64,000 nt of DNA from Lama guanicoe (taxonomy: Eukaryota), in assembly GCA_013239625.1 (NCBI GenBank), contig MU053810.1, positions 6,110,122 to 6,174,121 on the forward strand, given 5' to 3'. The translations under genes were made by a program, and so were the position numbers. Each line of letters starts with the position of its first letter. Position 1 is the stretch's first letter. Below are positions 13,078 to 24,276 of this stretch, one piece after another. The notes under the pieces are model-generated. The model worked only from the letters and a program-made list of their open reading frames with translations. It was not told where the DNA came from and did not search any database.

Positions 13078-14466
13078 CTGTTTTATGACAATTAACCTTC
13101 TTCTTTCAGCTTTCATGGGTAAATGAGCCAGTAAAAACGAATTCAGTATTTTATTAGAATACTTATTCAGTGTGAGACCTGACCTCTGACCTGGGGTGAA
13201 GAGTTAAAACCCCACAGCTAACAGAGTGCCCTGAATCACAGGCGGTAGAGCTGTGTAACCTGTTAGAAAGCCTGCTCTCTGGAAGGTGGATCTTGGCTCA
13301 AATTCCAGGATTTCCTGGCGGTTACCTTGCGATATCTTTCTGTGGATCGTATCTACTCAAAGAAACACTGAGGTTAATTGAGAGAGTGTGTGGAAAGTTC
13401 CTGGCTGTATACATTTAATATGGTATCTATTCAATCAAACTGTTTTGTATGGGAAGAGTACCTTCAGGACATGTTTTCCAAAGTGAGGTTAGAGAAGCCC
13501 TGAAGAGCAGGAAACTATTTATTAGAAGGGAGCCAGGGAACTGGAGTCACTCAGTGGGCCACTACCAGCATGAGGAACATGCTTTTCCAATTCAGGTTTT
13601 GTGCCTTCCCATCACATACTCTCTTCGAAAGCCAACCTTGCCTCCCTCCCATGAATTAACTTGTTGAAAAATGCAAAAATGCTGAGTAAGAATTAAGACA
13701 TGCTGGCAAGGGATTTGGCACAGTCAAATGCTGGTTTCCGTCCTATTACAAGACGTGTGAACACTACCAATGGAGAAATCTGGGGAACACACCAACATCA
13801 GGAAGGGTGGAGCTGTGTTGGTGGAGCCGGGCGTGGCTTTACTTTGTCCCTAAGGACCAACTAGCCAAAACACACATGGCTGAGGGAGACCAGAAAGCTC
13901 ATGTATCAATTTATAGTGAAAAATACCATGGATACATGAATCAGAAATATACGGTATTGGCATGATCAGCACAGTGCCTCCTTGTGGTCATTAAGGCAGA
14001 CGTGGAAGACCTGGAGCATACTATCTCCGGTAAAGCACCCTTTACGTGGCTGAGATAATTGCTTGCTGGGCATGAAAGCAAAGGAGTATCAAAGAAAGGA
14101 AGTACCAGTGGCATCAACGGTGGGCGCGCCTACCGCTCCAAATAACGTCCCCATGTGCGCTGCTAGAAATCTTTGAAGCCTGGCTAGGACAGTACCGAAA
14201 TGGATCCCAGCAGACTCTCTTTTTCCCATCTTCTCTCTTTACTGTCTAGTCTGTAGATTAGCCCAGCTGCCATTCTCTCTCCAAATGTCTATTTTGGATA
14301 AGTTGTGACATGTACACCCCATATGTATCCAAAAGCAGACATTCCGAAATGCAACAAATTTCATATTGGAGAAAATGGTGTTTGATGGGTACAGGGTACT
14401 GTACCAAATCTGACTGAAACAGAAGAGTCCTAAATGAAATACACTTTTTTAAAAAATGAGCCTTTC

Positions 14467-14596
14467 AGGAGAGGATATAGCTCAAGTGGTAGAGTGCAGG
14501 CTTAGTTAGCATGCATGAGGTCCTGGGTTCAATCCCCAGGACCTCATCTAAGAATAAATAAGTAAATAAACCTAATTGCTGCCCCCTCCCCCCCAA
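14467..14596 (+). mobile_element. tRNA-derived SINE (camelid Vic-1-like)
   Basis: A box tagctcaagtgg, B box ggttcaatcc, tail aataaacctaatt..ccccc; flanking gagcctt repeats (14458-14464, 14597-14603). Confidence 0.88.
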
Positions 14597-15139
14597 GAGC
14601 CTTGTGGATGAGAGTTGAATCCATACAAGTACTCTATGACCGGAAAAGTCTTTAGAAAGGACAGTGAGTCCTTAGAATTTGCGTGGTTACGCTAAACAGT
14701 AGGAGCTTAGGCTACGGGCACATTGAGAATTAATCACTACAAGGTGCGGAAAGGACTCCGCCATAAAAACTTGTCAACATTCAGGAGCTAAACTGATCAG
14801 AACAGGGAGAAAAAGGAGATGGAGCCCAAAGGTAGGAGGTAGCAGGGGAGAGCAAGGAATCATGGTTAGTGCTTGGACTCCGATTCTGTTTCAAGAAGGC
14901 ACAGGTGGGCTTAAAGCTCAAGGTTTCTCCAGTTGCGACATCCTCAGGCCTCTTCTCCTTCCAGTACCCTTCTACTCCGTCCAGGTTTGCCCTCCCTCCG
15001 AAGCAACTACCGCACGACTGAAATACGGTCCACTCTAAGCACCAGCCCTGCTTTCTCCACGAGGCCTTTTCCGCCTAATCCGAGGCTCCCCAGATCCGAG
15101 GGGCTCAGATCACCTTTTACTCTAAAATCCCAGTTAAGT

Positions 15140-16180
15140 TCCGTCGCCCCCGAAGCCCTGGCTGTAACTCGAGAGGAAAGCGCTGCCCACGGTCTCCATG
15201 CTTTACTCCTCCGTATCCCAGGGGGCAAGTGGACCACTCCTGCGTTTCCCAGAGACCTGGATCCTCACCGCCCCGTCCCCAAACCCCAGGTGCTCCCCTG
15301 CCCCCAGGACACCGCTCTGCAGCCCGGCGCAGAGCGCCTGCCCCTCAACTCCCGTTCCAGGGGCCCCTCCGGCCCCGGGGCGCGTCCCAGCGCAGCCCGC
15401 GCGCCCCGCCCGCCGCGCAAGCGGCTCGCGCCCATTCATTCAGCCGCGCCGCTGTCATTGGCGCCGTGACCTCTGTGCCCGGCCGCGGCGCGCGCTTCCC
15501 GGCCTCACCTGCGCGCGGGTGACATCGGCGGCGGCGGCGGCGGCGCGCGGCCCGGACGGTCCCGCGCGGCCGGGGCACCCGGACCCCAGGCTCCGCGCCT
15601 CCGGCTTCCAGGAGCAGCCGTGCCGCCACCGCCACCAGCGAGAGGCCATGGTCCGAGTCTGAAAGTCGCGGCAGAGCGGCAGCTCCGCCTCTGGCCCGGC
15701 GTGCCCTCCTCCCGGGACCCGGAGCAGGAAGTTCGGCCCCGGAAGGGCTTCGGCCCCGTCGCCCCCCGCTCTCCTCGCTGCTGCCCGTGCGCCCTCTGCG
15801 CGGACTCTCGGCTGCCGCTGGCCTGGAGCTGACCGCGGAGCCGCCGAGGGCTGCGCGGCGGCGGGCGGCTGGAACCCTCGCCCCACCACGGGCCGTCGGC
15901 TGGGGAGAAGCCAGCGTGACCTTCCTGCTGGGGAGCGGCCTCTCCCGACCCCGCCCTGCCCGAGCCTCCGTCAGGGCGGGAACGCCCCCCTGGCCGACCG
16001 ACTGCCAGCCAGAATTGCCACACACGGCGCCCAGCGAGCCGTCACTGACTTTCCTTCTGCGTATCTAGGGAGAAACGGGACGCAAAGAATCGGGTTCGCG
16101 TTTTGCTGTCTAATCGGAAGGCTCCGGCTTCCCCAGCTGCTTCTCTTGGGTGTCACTTGCCACGTCGTCGTCGTCTGCTC
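15140..16180. promoter_or_regulatory. CpG-island promoter of PDSS1
   Basis: Very GC- and CpG-rich block spanning the PDSS1 ATG; ETS cores CAGGAAGT (15725-15732) and CCGGAAG (15739-15745); no obvious TATA box. Confidence 0.9.
15509..15649 (-). CDS. PDSS1: PDSS1 first coding exon (Arg-rich mitochondrial targeting region), 141 nt
   Basis: Kozak accATGG; MASRWWRWRHGCSWKPEARSLGSGCPGRAGPSGPRAAAAAADVTRAQ matches the PDSS1 N-terminus; donor gtgagg. Confidence 0.96.
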
Positions 16181-16405
16181 CTTATGGCCACCTGGCCTTG
16201 AAAGAAGTGCCTGCCTTTTCCTTCTTTCCAGCAACAAGTCAAACCCCTAGCAGGGCTGTTGAGAAGCAGCTAGATTAGCCGACTCCCTCCTCTGAAAAGC
16301 TGATGGGTGTGTCATGGCCCACTTTGGCAGTCTGGCTCACATGTGGATTTGTGAGTCCCGCTCAGTGGATGTACTGAGCTGTATGAAGCTGTTTGATTTT
16401 GGTAA

Positions 16406-16839
16406 TGTTACTTTTCACATGTCCAAGTACAGAAAAGCCAAAAACTGCGGAAACATAAGTTTGGAGCAAAGAAAGCTTTTATTATTGGGCAGAGCAAGGA
16501 GAATGGGTGGCTCACGCCCCTGAAACTCCCAAACTCCCCCAAGGGTTTCAGCTGAGCCTTTTCAAAGGCCAGCTGAGTGAGGGGCAGCCCAGTGGTTGTG
16601 ATCAGGTGCACATAATTCTCTGGTTGGTTGATGGCGTTCAACCCTTAGGCGTCAGAAGGTCTGGCTCATGATCATCAAGTAGTTAATTTCTGCCATTTGG
16701 TGGTAGTAGTTAGCATCTGAAAAACTCGAGAAATATGCCTGAAGTACTATTACCTGGGTCCTTCAGAGATGAGCTACAGCAGAGGATATGGGGAAGGGGT
16801 CTGTCCCTGGAAGGCCTCAGAGGTGCCTGCTTAATTATA
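16406..16839 (-). mobile_element. ERV1-like solo LTR immediately upstream of the PDSS1 CpG island
   Basis: tgtta start; AATAAA and CCAA boxes on the minus strand; gagcaaagaaagcttttatt...aactccccc..ggtttcag motif typical of ERV1 LTRs; TSD not clean. Confidence 0.6.
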
Positions 16840-18837
16840 GTTGAACCTACTTGTAACTGGCCCAGGGGTTACTGGAGAATGTCCGGAATAATAGCTGGTA
16901 TGTGTTAGAAAGACCTTTGCTTAATTCTACAGCCAGATCTACTCTTATGGTACCGAAAGAGTGTATTTATAACAGAAGTCATGATATAATTAATAAATGC
17001 GCACACACAAAACCAATCAAAGAAAGTGTAAGCATTAGGGATATCCTCAAAAAGTTCACTTATGAGAAAACAGACCAGCAAACAGGCAACTGAAGTTCTA
17101 TGACACTTTTTCTTTTCTTCAGACCCATGTATTTTGCATTAAAGAGTGCAAGTACCCATACAGCTGAGCACATTACATTTATCTTTAACATTTTGTGGGT
17201 TTTTTTTCACTGAATGAAAGCCTATAATAAACTATTTAAGTCAATTTTATTGAGTTCCCCCCCCCCCAGTATTGAAGAATATTATGTAAAAGATGTGTCA
17301 GGTACTTTACAGACAAAAGTTGTTAATATGCACCTGTGGCTTATCTTGATCTAGATTTATATGTTAAGAAATATCTGACAGGTGGAGTTTGCCAAAATAG
17401 AGATTAAACACGTGTATTTGCAACAATCCTGTGACTTAGACATTACCCTCTGCCCTAATTACAGATGGGGAAACAGACCTGGAGGGAATAAGTGTCTTGC
17501 CCAAGCTCAGGTTGTTGGCAGATAGAGCGTTACACAATTTTGTTAAGCCGTTTTCATCTAGAAATTGTTTACCCAGATTGAAACAAAATCTCTTAAAAGA
17601 TGTAATATGGCAAGGCTAAGTAGGGAAAGCAGGTGCAATTCATGAAGGATTCCAACATTAAGTAGTACCTAATCATATTATTGAATAGCTTTAGTCTTCT
17701 TTTCTCACTAAAATTAAACATTTTCCCCTGCTACTTCATTCTTCATAATGTGACACTTTTGATGATTGCATAGTATTTCTTTGAAAGGATATGTAATGTT
17801 TACTGGGTCACAGGGAACTGATATTTTACATTATCTGTCATGTGTTGGCAGATCTTTAAAATCAAGCTGAAATGGAATTTGAATATTCTCTCCATTCAAG
17901 TAACTCAGAAAAATGCTGTTGAGAACCACAAAATGGTGATTCCTAGGGTCCTCTTGGAATTTGTCTTATGCCAGCAGAGATAAACATCCTTCCTCTCTAC
18001 CCAGTTGATAATTATTTTGGAAAAGGCTCATCTCAAATAAAACCAAACAGACCCAGCTTTCTGGGATGTAGGTTAAGCACATCTTCAGGCCTCAATTCTT
18101 GTCCATTAAGTTAGGAATATGTTTGAATTGATGGTTTTGGAGTCTGGGAGGTCCATAACAACCACATCCCTCACTTTCCCTTCGTGAGTCCCCTGGGTCT
18201 TACTCTCTGAGCCCTCTTGATCCACAGGGGTGGGTTCCAATGCTTCAGAAAACTTTAGTGCACCTTACCAGTTTTAATTACTAAATATTTTCGTTTTAAA
18301 ATCTGTTTGCTTTTTTGTTTGTTTGCTTTAAATGTCAGTTTAGAGCTTACTTTTCCCCAAATATTACAACATAAGATTAATGATTTTTTAAGTAGAAAAT
18401 AACACATTAGCTATTATTTAATTTCTATCCACTTTTAAGAAGATTTTGAGGCCTTTTACATTTAAAAAGAGAGTAAAACACTTTCATCCCAGACCGACCA
18501 TTCCCCAGATGCCTTCTCAGGAGCCAGGGAGATCAACATACAGCCTCTATCTGATTCTCTCAAAACTATGGAAACTTGGCTAGGCATACTTTTGATCAAG
18601 CAGTGAGTCTCAAATTGAATTCACCCTGCCTGTTTTTTCCTTTTCTTTCTTTCGATTTTTGTGAAAGTCGTGGAGGTCACTGAGGTGGTGATGGAAAGTA
18701 TGTCAAAGATCAACAAGACTTTAGAAGGCCTAGGATTTTTAAAAGGTCAAGTATGTTATAAAATAGAATTGATACTGCATTAGATTTACAGACTGATAGT
18801 TCTAAAAATACCATCTTCAGGAAAAAACATTTAAATT

Positions 18838-18843
18838 TTTATT
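18838..18843 (-). terminator. Likely APBB1IP polyadenylation signal AATAAA
   Basis: First AATAAA on the minus strand ~300 nt after the stop, followed by a U/GU-rich tract (tgttttttcc). Confidence 0.7.
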
Positions 18844-19146
18844 AATTTGACACTTCGGAACATAACATAAAACTTCTTTAGTTAACTTGAAATGGAAGGG
18901 AAAATCCATCGAAGTGGAAATACATAGGAAAGGTAGGTCCATTTAGGTAGATACTCTAAATTCCATGTTAGATTAAGGATTACAGGTGTACCTGAGCAAC
19001 AGGGAGATGTTTTGCAGTACTTCTAGTCAGGATACTGCAATATTGTATCTAAGAATGGACAAAATGTCATGAGAACAAAGTAACAAACATGCAGTTGAGG
19101 TTAGCAATGATTATATCCATCATCCAAAGATATTTGTAAGTTCTCC

Positions 19147-19635
19147 TTACGACATGTTACCTCTCTTTTTCTGCAAAGCTTTCATGAGATCTGACATGAA
19201 ATCTTGCTCCCCGCCTCCGCCGCTGGGTGGTCCTGGGTTCTCCTGCCTCTTTGGGGGAACTGGAGGCCTTTTGACGACTATCGGGGGCTTCTCGGCAGAC
19301 TCTGGGATGAAGGTGGGTGGGGGAGGCGGCGGCGGCGGTAACGGGGACCCCACATTGCTCACAAAAGAGGGCGGTGGGGGAGGCACGAAGTCCGGGGGCG
19401 CGTCAAAATCGGGGGGCGGCGGAGGGAGCTCGTCGTCCTCCAGGGGTGGCGGTGGCGGTGGCGGTGGCAGGAGGTCATTGGGCAGGGCGGGGAAGCCGTC
19501 GGCCGTGCCCTTGGCCTTGGGGGGCATCCCCGGGCTGCCGCTGACATCTGAAGACCCTCGCACAGGAGGGGGTGGAGGCAGGCTGGACTTCGGGAGGGGC
19601 TGGGCCCTGGGCGCTCCCGGGGCTGGCTTCTGGTC
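19147..19635 (-). CDS. APBB1IP: APBB1IP terminal coding exon (Pro-rich Ena/VASP/profilin-binding region) incl. TAA stop, 489 nt
   Basis: DQKPAPG...SSLPPPPPPVR...ELPPPPPDF...KRPPVPPKRQENPG...EQDFMSDLMKALQKKRGNMS*; acceptor ttctctttgttgaag. Confidence 0.97.
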   Translation of the reverse strand, partial: DQKPAPGAPRAQPLPKSSLPPPPPVRGSSDVSGSPGMPPKAKGTADGFPALPNDLLPPPPPPPPLEDDELPPPPPDFDAPPDFVPPPPPSFVSNVGSPLPPPPPPPPTFIPESAEKPPIVVKRPPVPPKRQENPGPPSGGGGEQDFMSDLMKALQKKRGNMS

Positions 19636-21999
19636 CTTCAACAAAGAGAACAGCATTATTCTTGACCTCACGGCCACGTGGAGGTGACATTTCTTTGGAC
19701 AGGGGAGCTCTCCGGATTTAAGAAGCATCTGCCCCCAGGGGGGTCTCAATCCCTCAGTCCTGGAGATTCCAGGTTGTTCTTAAGCTAGCTCATCTTTGCT
19801 TTGGGATAGAAGGACTCCAAATGGCCTTTAACATTATTATTTAATATTACTACCTGCTGCTAATCTACTCTGTCTTCTTCTGTCAATGGAAGCCCTTGCC
19901 CTATTCAGCAAGGTGTTTATTTAGATTATACAGGTGTCTCCTCAGAGCTGCCTTATACAGGAGTTACCAGTGTCTTTAAAAGGGCTCTTGTGGTACAGGG
20001 TTTATTTAGCTGGTTGTGGGTTACCTCAGTCTTTACCCTACAGTCAGCCTAGAGCAACTCCAAATGGAAGCAAATTGGCTCTTTTGGAACTCCCACTCAA
20101 GCCTTGGTTCCTGCGACAAGCCACCAGGGTCCTAGGCAAACACAGACGTCACATTTTTCTTGGTCTGAGTTGAGCTGGTTGTGAAGGGCAGTTGTCAGGA
20201 GCAGGTGTCTGAAATTATTTTGCTCCTGTGCCATCTCCTCAGGGGCAGACAGATGGTTAAGGAGCTTCCCCAAATCTCTTACAAATCCCCTGGCTTAATC
20301 TTCCTACTTTCATCAGCACAAAGATGGAAGGGAAAAAGAAAACAGAAGGCGTTCTCTCTGGACTACAGGTCATCTTTGTGCAAACCTGAGCACCAGAGGC
20401 TCTCTCTCCTGGTGGGGACGGTTCTGGCTCTTGCATCACTGCTTCTGTACTTGCATGCTGACAGCCCTTCCACAGGGCTGTGGGCAAGGATGGAGCCAGT
20501 TCTATGTTTCACTCCTCCAGAAGTTAACAGCTTCCAGGGAGGAGGTGGGTAGACCAGGAATCTGCACACTTGATCCATAGTCTTAGATTTACTTTTTATT
20601 AACTGTGTGAAAGTCAGCTGGCTAATCTGGTATAAAATGAGCACCATAATCCCTATTATTATCTGTATCTTGAATGCATAATGTGATCAAGTGAGATAAA
20701 CATATGAGTGGGTTCTGAAAACTAAAATTATGTTGCATGTGCTATTGGAAGAAACCAAAACACCAGACTTGGCCAAAGGCTAACAGAGGGCTCAGCCCTT
20801 CGTCTGCCAACAGTGGAATAGAGATTAATAAATTATATTTATATAATGTAACATACCTGAGAATTTCAGGCAGCCAAACTGAATCCCTGTTTCAGTGATA
20901 ATTATCATTGTGATTTACATTTTATCAGGCTTTCATTGTATTTCTTTCTTTGCTTAATAACCTCTTACCACTGAAGATTAAACTTAGAAGTTTTTTTCTC
21001 TCCTAACAAAGTGCCTTCTGATTGAGTTTATTTTATTTAGTTCAACTGCTTAGCATGGTAAGAAATTAACTGGTGATATATTTTTTAAAAAATTTCTGGT
21101 CTGGCACTTTGGGAATTGGTGTTCACACACAGTTAAGTGATTTCTATTCTGAAATTTTTCTTTTTGCTTTCAGCATTTAAAGATGTTTCTCTTCAGCTGG
21201 CATCACAGAAACCATGAAAATAACAACTGCTGAAAGTACACTGTGTGAATGAGATTGTCAGACTTGAGGCGCCAACAAGAATATTAGAGAAACACAGCTT
21301 TTCATGGTCTACCATGGTTCTCAAAAATTACAAGAAGTTCAATAAATGCAGGATTTGATTGTTTCCACCACTGGCTGATGGAAGGGGAGAATGAGGTGGA
21401 AAACTACTGCAGGGGCAGCTAGGATTATGCTGAATTACACATGAGAAACCTTCAGTGGAAGCTGTGTAGTCAATTCAGATGTCACCAATGATCACTTTTA
21501 GCTATAATTTTTAGATTGAAATGAATCTACATTAATCTCCTCTACTGAAAAAAAGTTATGGAGAATGTTTTACCAATTTGGCTATTATTTAAAAATGTTG
21601 TCTCTTCTCCATCACTCTGAGGATGTATGTAGAATATTAACAGAAAAATACAAAATGCACGTTTTATAGTGGAACCCTGTTACTACTCTTGTAATCTGGC
21701 TTGGGGTCCAGTTAGCATTTAACAAAGGACTTCTGACTAATGAGTTGATCTAATTTATTCAGAAAAAATAAGTAAAAATCCCAAGCACTTAAAATGCAGA
21801 TGCCAGTTTTGAAGAGTGCTAAAAACACTTGACTAAACAAACAAACAGTCACTTCAGTCAAAATAAGTGTAGCTAAACTAAAAATAGTTATCAATCCTCA
21901 GAATTAAAAAAAAAAATTCTTACATTTTCCCAAAGCTGTGTAATAATAGTTAGTTTTAATTTTCCATTCTAGCCTATGTAACTTCAAGATTAAAAAAAA

Positions 22000-22077
22000 T
22001 ATATATATATAAGTATATATATATATAAGTATATATATATATATACACACACACACAGAGAGAGAGCGAGAGCGATA
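22000..22077. repeat. Compound (TA)n-(CA)n-(GA)n microsatellite
   Basis: Directly visible. Confidence 0.9.
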
Positions 22078-22222
22078 GCACAATTATCTAAATGAAATCT
22101 TGGTGACTTTTGAATTGTTGGAATTGTATTTCCTCTTTTCAAAGGAGCAATCATTAGAACATGGCTCCTGGGCTTACAGAGCACAGTCTGTTAGAAGTGG
22201 GTCAGGTACTTCCTGGTCTTAC

Positions 22223-22314
22223 CTTGGGTAGTTCAACGTGTCTCTGCGCTTCTCCAAGAACTGTACTCACAGGATGTGCCGCCTGAGGAATCTGACCATT
22301 GGCCTGAGTGGTGC
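22223..22314 (-). CDS. APBB1IP: APBB1IP penultimate coding exon, 92 nt
   Basis: (G)TTQANGQIPQAAHPVSTVLGEAQRHVELPK; only AG after the pyrimidine tract is ...taaaaacag; donor gtaaga; keeps frame. Confidence 0.88.
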
Positions 22315-22361
22315 CTGTTTTAATTAAAAGGGAGGAAGTGAGCCAAGAAAAGTGGGCAAGG

Positions 22362-22582
22362 TGGAACGATACATTAGGGGTACGGGATTAACAGATACAC
22401 ACTTCTGTACATAAAATAGATAAACCAACAAGGATTTACTGTAGAGCACAGGCAACTATATTCAATATCTTGTAATAACCTAAAATGGAAAATAATCTGA
22501 AAACAGTATATAACTGAATTGCTTTCCTGTGCACCTGAAACTAACATAATATTTTAAATCAATTATTCTTCAATTAAAAAAA
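22362..22582 (+). mobile_element. L1 3' end (5'-truncated)
   Basis: gggattaacagatacacac...agcacaggcaactatattcaatatcttg...cacctgaaactaac...caattaaaaaa. Confidence 0.85.
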
Positions 22583-23509
22583 AAGAATAATGGCAAGTTA
22601 TTTTCAACGTTCTTGAAAGTTAAATTTGAATATACAAAGCAATTCATGTCTCCAAAGCAAAAGGATTCATAGGTACACAGGGGCTCCCCCCAAATCTGAG
22701 GTTCTCTGACAACACTTCATGAGTTTCAGCAAAAGTTTCAGGGAAGTGAGTGCTTTATGGCAAGCCACAAAATCTGGATTAACTAGGGTCTTAGAGAATA
22801 GTATGTTCTGCTTTTCAGGACTTTTTGGGTAATTGGAGAATAAACCTGGAAAACTTCCTTTTTAGAAGGATTCGCATTGTTGAAGATTTTTGTGAAATGG
22901 ATGGACCCGGTTACACACTCTGCTGCACACAGGAACAACTTTGAATGTTACCCTCAACAAAAAGTACTTTGGGCACAAAAACAGGAGGCAGAGGTGACTG
23001 AGCAAAAGGTGCAGACCCCTAATATATCCTGGAATTAGACTTTTTTCCCCCCTGAAAGTCCTGATAGGCAATTATTTTCCTGCCTTTTTATTTGCTCTTT
23101 TGCACAAAAGTGTGCCTCACCGTTTTGAGAGAGTCAGACAGAAGAAGCTGTATGTTGATCTCCATGGCTCCTGAGAAGGCATCTGGGGGCGGTCAGCCAG
23201 CCCTCCACACACCGAGGCCGTTTCTCCCACGACTGAACTGCCTCTCAGCCCCTGACATCAGGTCTCACTGAGTGAATCTGAGGTTACCTTAGCTCTGTTC
23301 AGGACCAGCTATCCTGCCAAATATTTATGAAATGACTGCTTACTTGCTTCTTCAAATATTTCCCCAATATCTGGAGAAACCCACGAATCTACAAAATAGT
23401 TCAAGGAAGGTTTTAAGGACTTCAGGAGACTGGGAAGGAGGGAAAGTCTGAGAAGGAATCAGATACTTCCACAAGTCTCAAAAGTCTCTCTGGACAAATT
23501 ATTAAATAC

Positions 23510-24270
23510 AAAAAGGAAACTGCATGGGAGAGAAATTGGACAGCACCTTAACCAAGCAGCTAAGGGGCGTGGAGACACCATATGCCTCCAACTGGGATAC
23601 CCGGGAAGGACACAGAAGCCTGGCCCTGCCCCCAGTGCAGTACCTGGGCTGAGTTATGAGGAAACGCCAGACACATCCAAACTGAGGGACATTCTGTAAC
23701 ATAAATGGTCCTTAGTCCTTAAAAAATTGTTACTGTCTTGATGGACAAAGAAAGGCCAAGGAAATGTTTCAGATAACAGCAGACGCGAGAGACCTGAAGA
23801 AGCACAGCAGCCATGAGTGCTACACCCATAAACCCGCCCACCGACCTAAAAACTGGCCTCTGAGCAATCTTTGTACCAACCTAGGAGTTCTTCCCCTGTC
23901 CTAGCTCCCTACTTGTCCTCCGCAGGTACCTATTAGCCTGAATTTCTTTTTTTTTTTTTATCATTCCCTTATCTTTTAAAAAAATAACATCTTCACATAG
24001 GTCTGCAAAACACAATCCTGGACGGAAACTGTGCCAGGAAAGAGCATCACTGTAAAACATCTTTGAGACAACTGGCAAAACTGGAAGACGTGGACTGTGG
24101 TTTACGTAAAAAGTCTACCAACATGAAACTAAATTTCCTGAATTTGAGAACTGTACTGTGGGTTGTAAGAGAATAGCTTTATCTTGTTTTAGGAAATACA
24201 AAGGGAAGATTTAAGGGGCAAAGTTACATGATGTAGTCAATCTACTCTCAAATGGCTCAAAAAAAAAAAA
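23510..24270 (+). mobile_element. Old L1MC/MD-like 3' UTR, interrupted; resumes at ~25054-25210 after a younger L1
   Basis: gaggaaacgccagacacatccaaactgagggacattct; aaatttcctgaatttgagaactgtactgtgg; tactctcaaatggctca. Confidence 0.6.
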
Positions 24271-24276
24271 GAAATA

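Noticed and set aside
14467..14545. tRNA-like sequences (also at 34930, 47110, 52325)
   Set aside because: They have A/B boxes but also SINE tails, TSDs and disrupted stems, so they are SINEs rather than tRNA genes
14933..16068. Many long overlapping ORFs, including an 80-codon in-frame upstream extension of PDSS1
   Set aside because: Expected from stop-codon scarcity in a CpG island; the extension starts at GTG while the real ATG has a strong Kozak context
19154..19687. 177-aa Gly-rich plus-strand ORF
   Set aside because: It is the antisense mirror of the Pro-rich APBB1IP terminal exon
22327..22340. PU.1-like motif aaaagggaggaagtg
   Set aside because: Explained as the reverse complement of the exon's polypyrimidine tract
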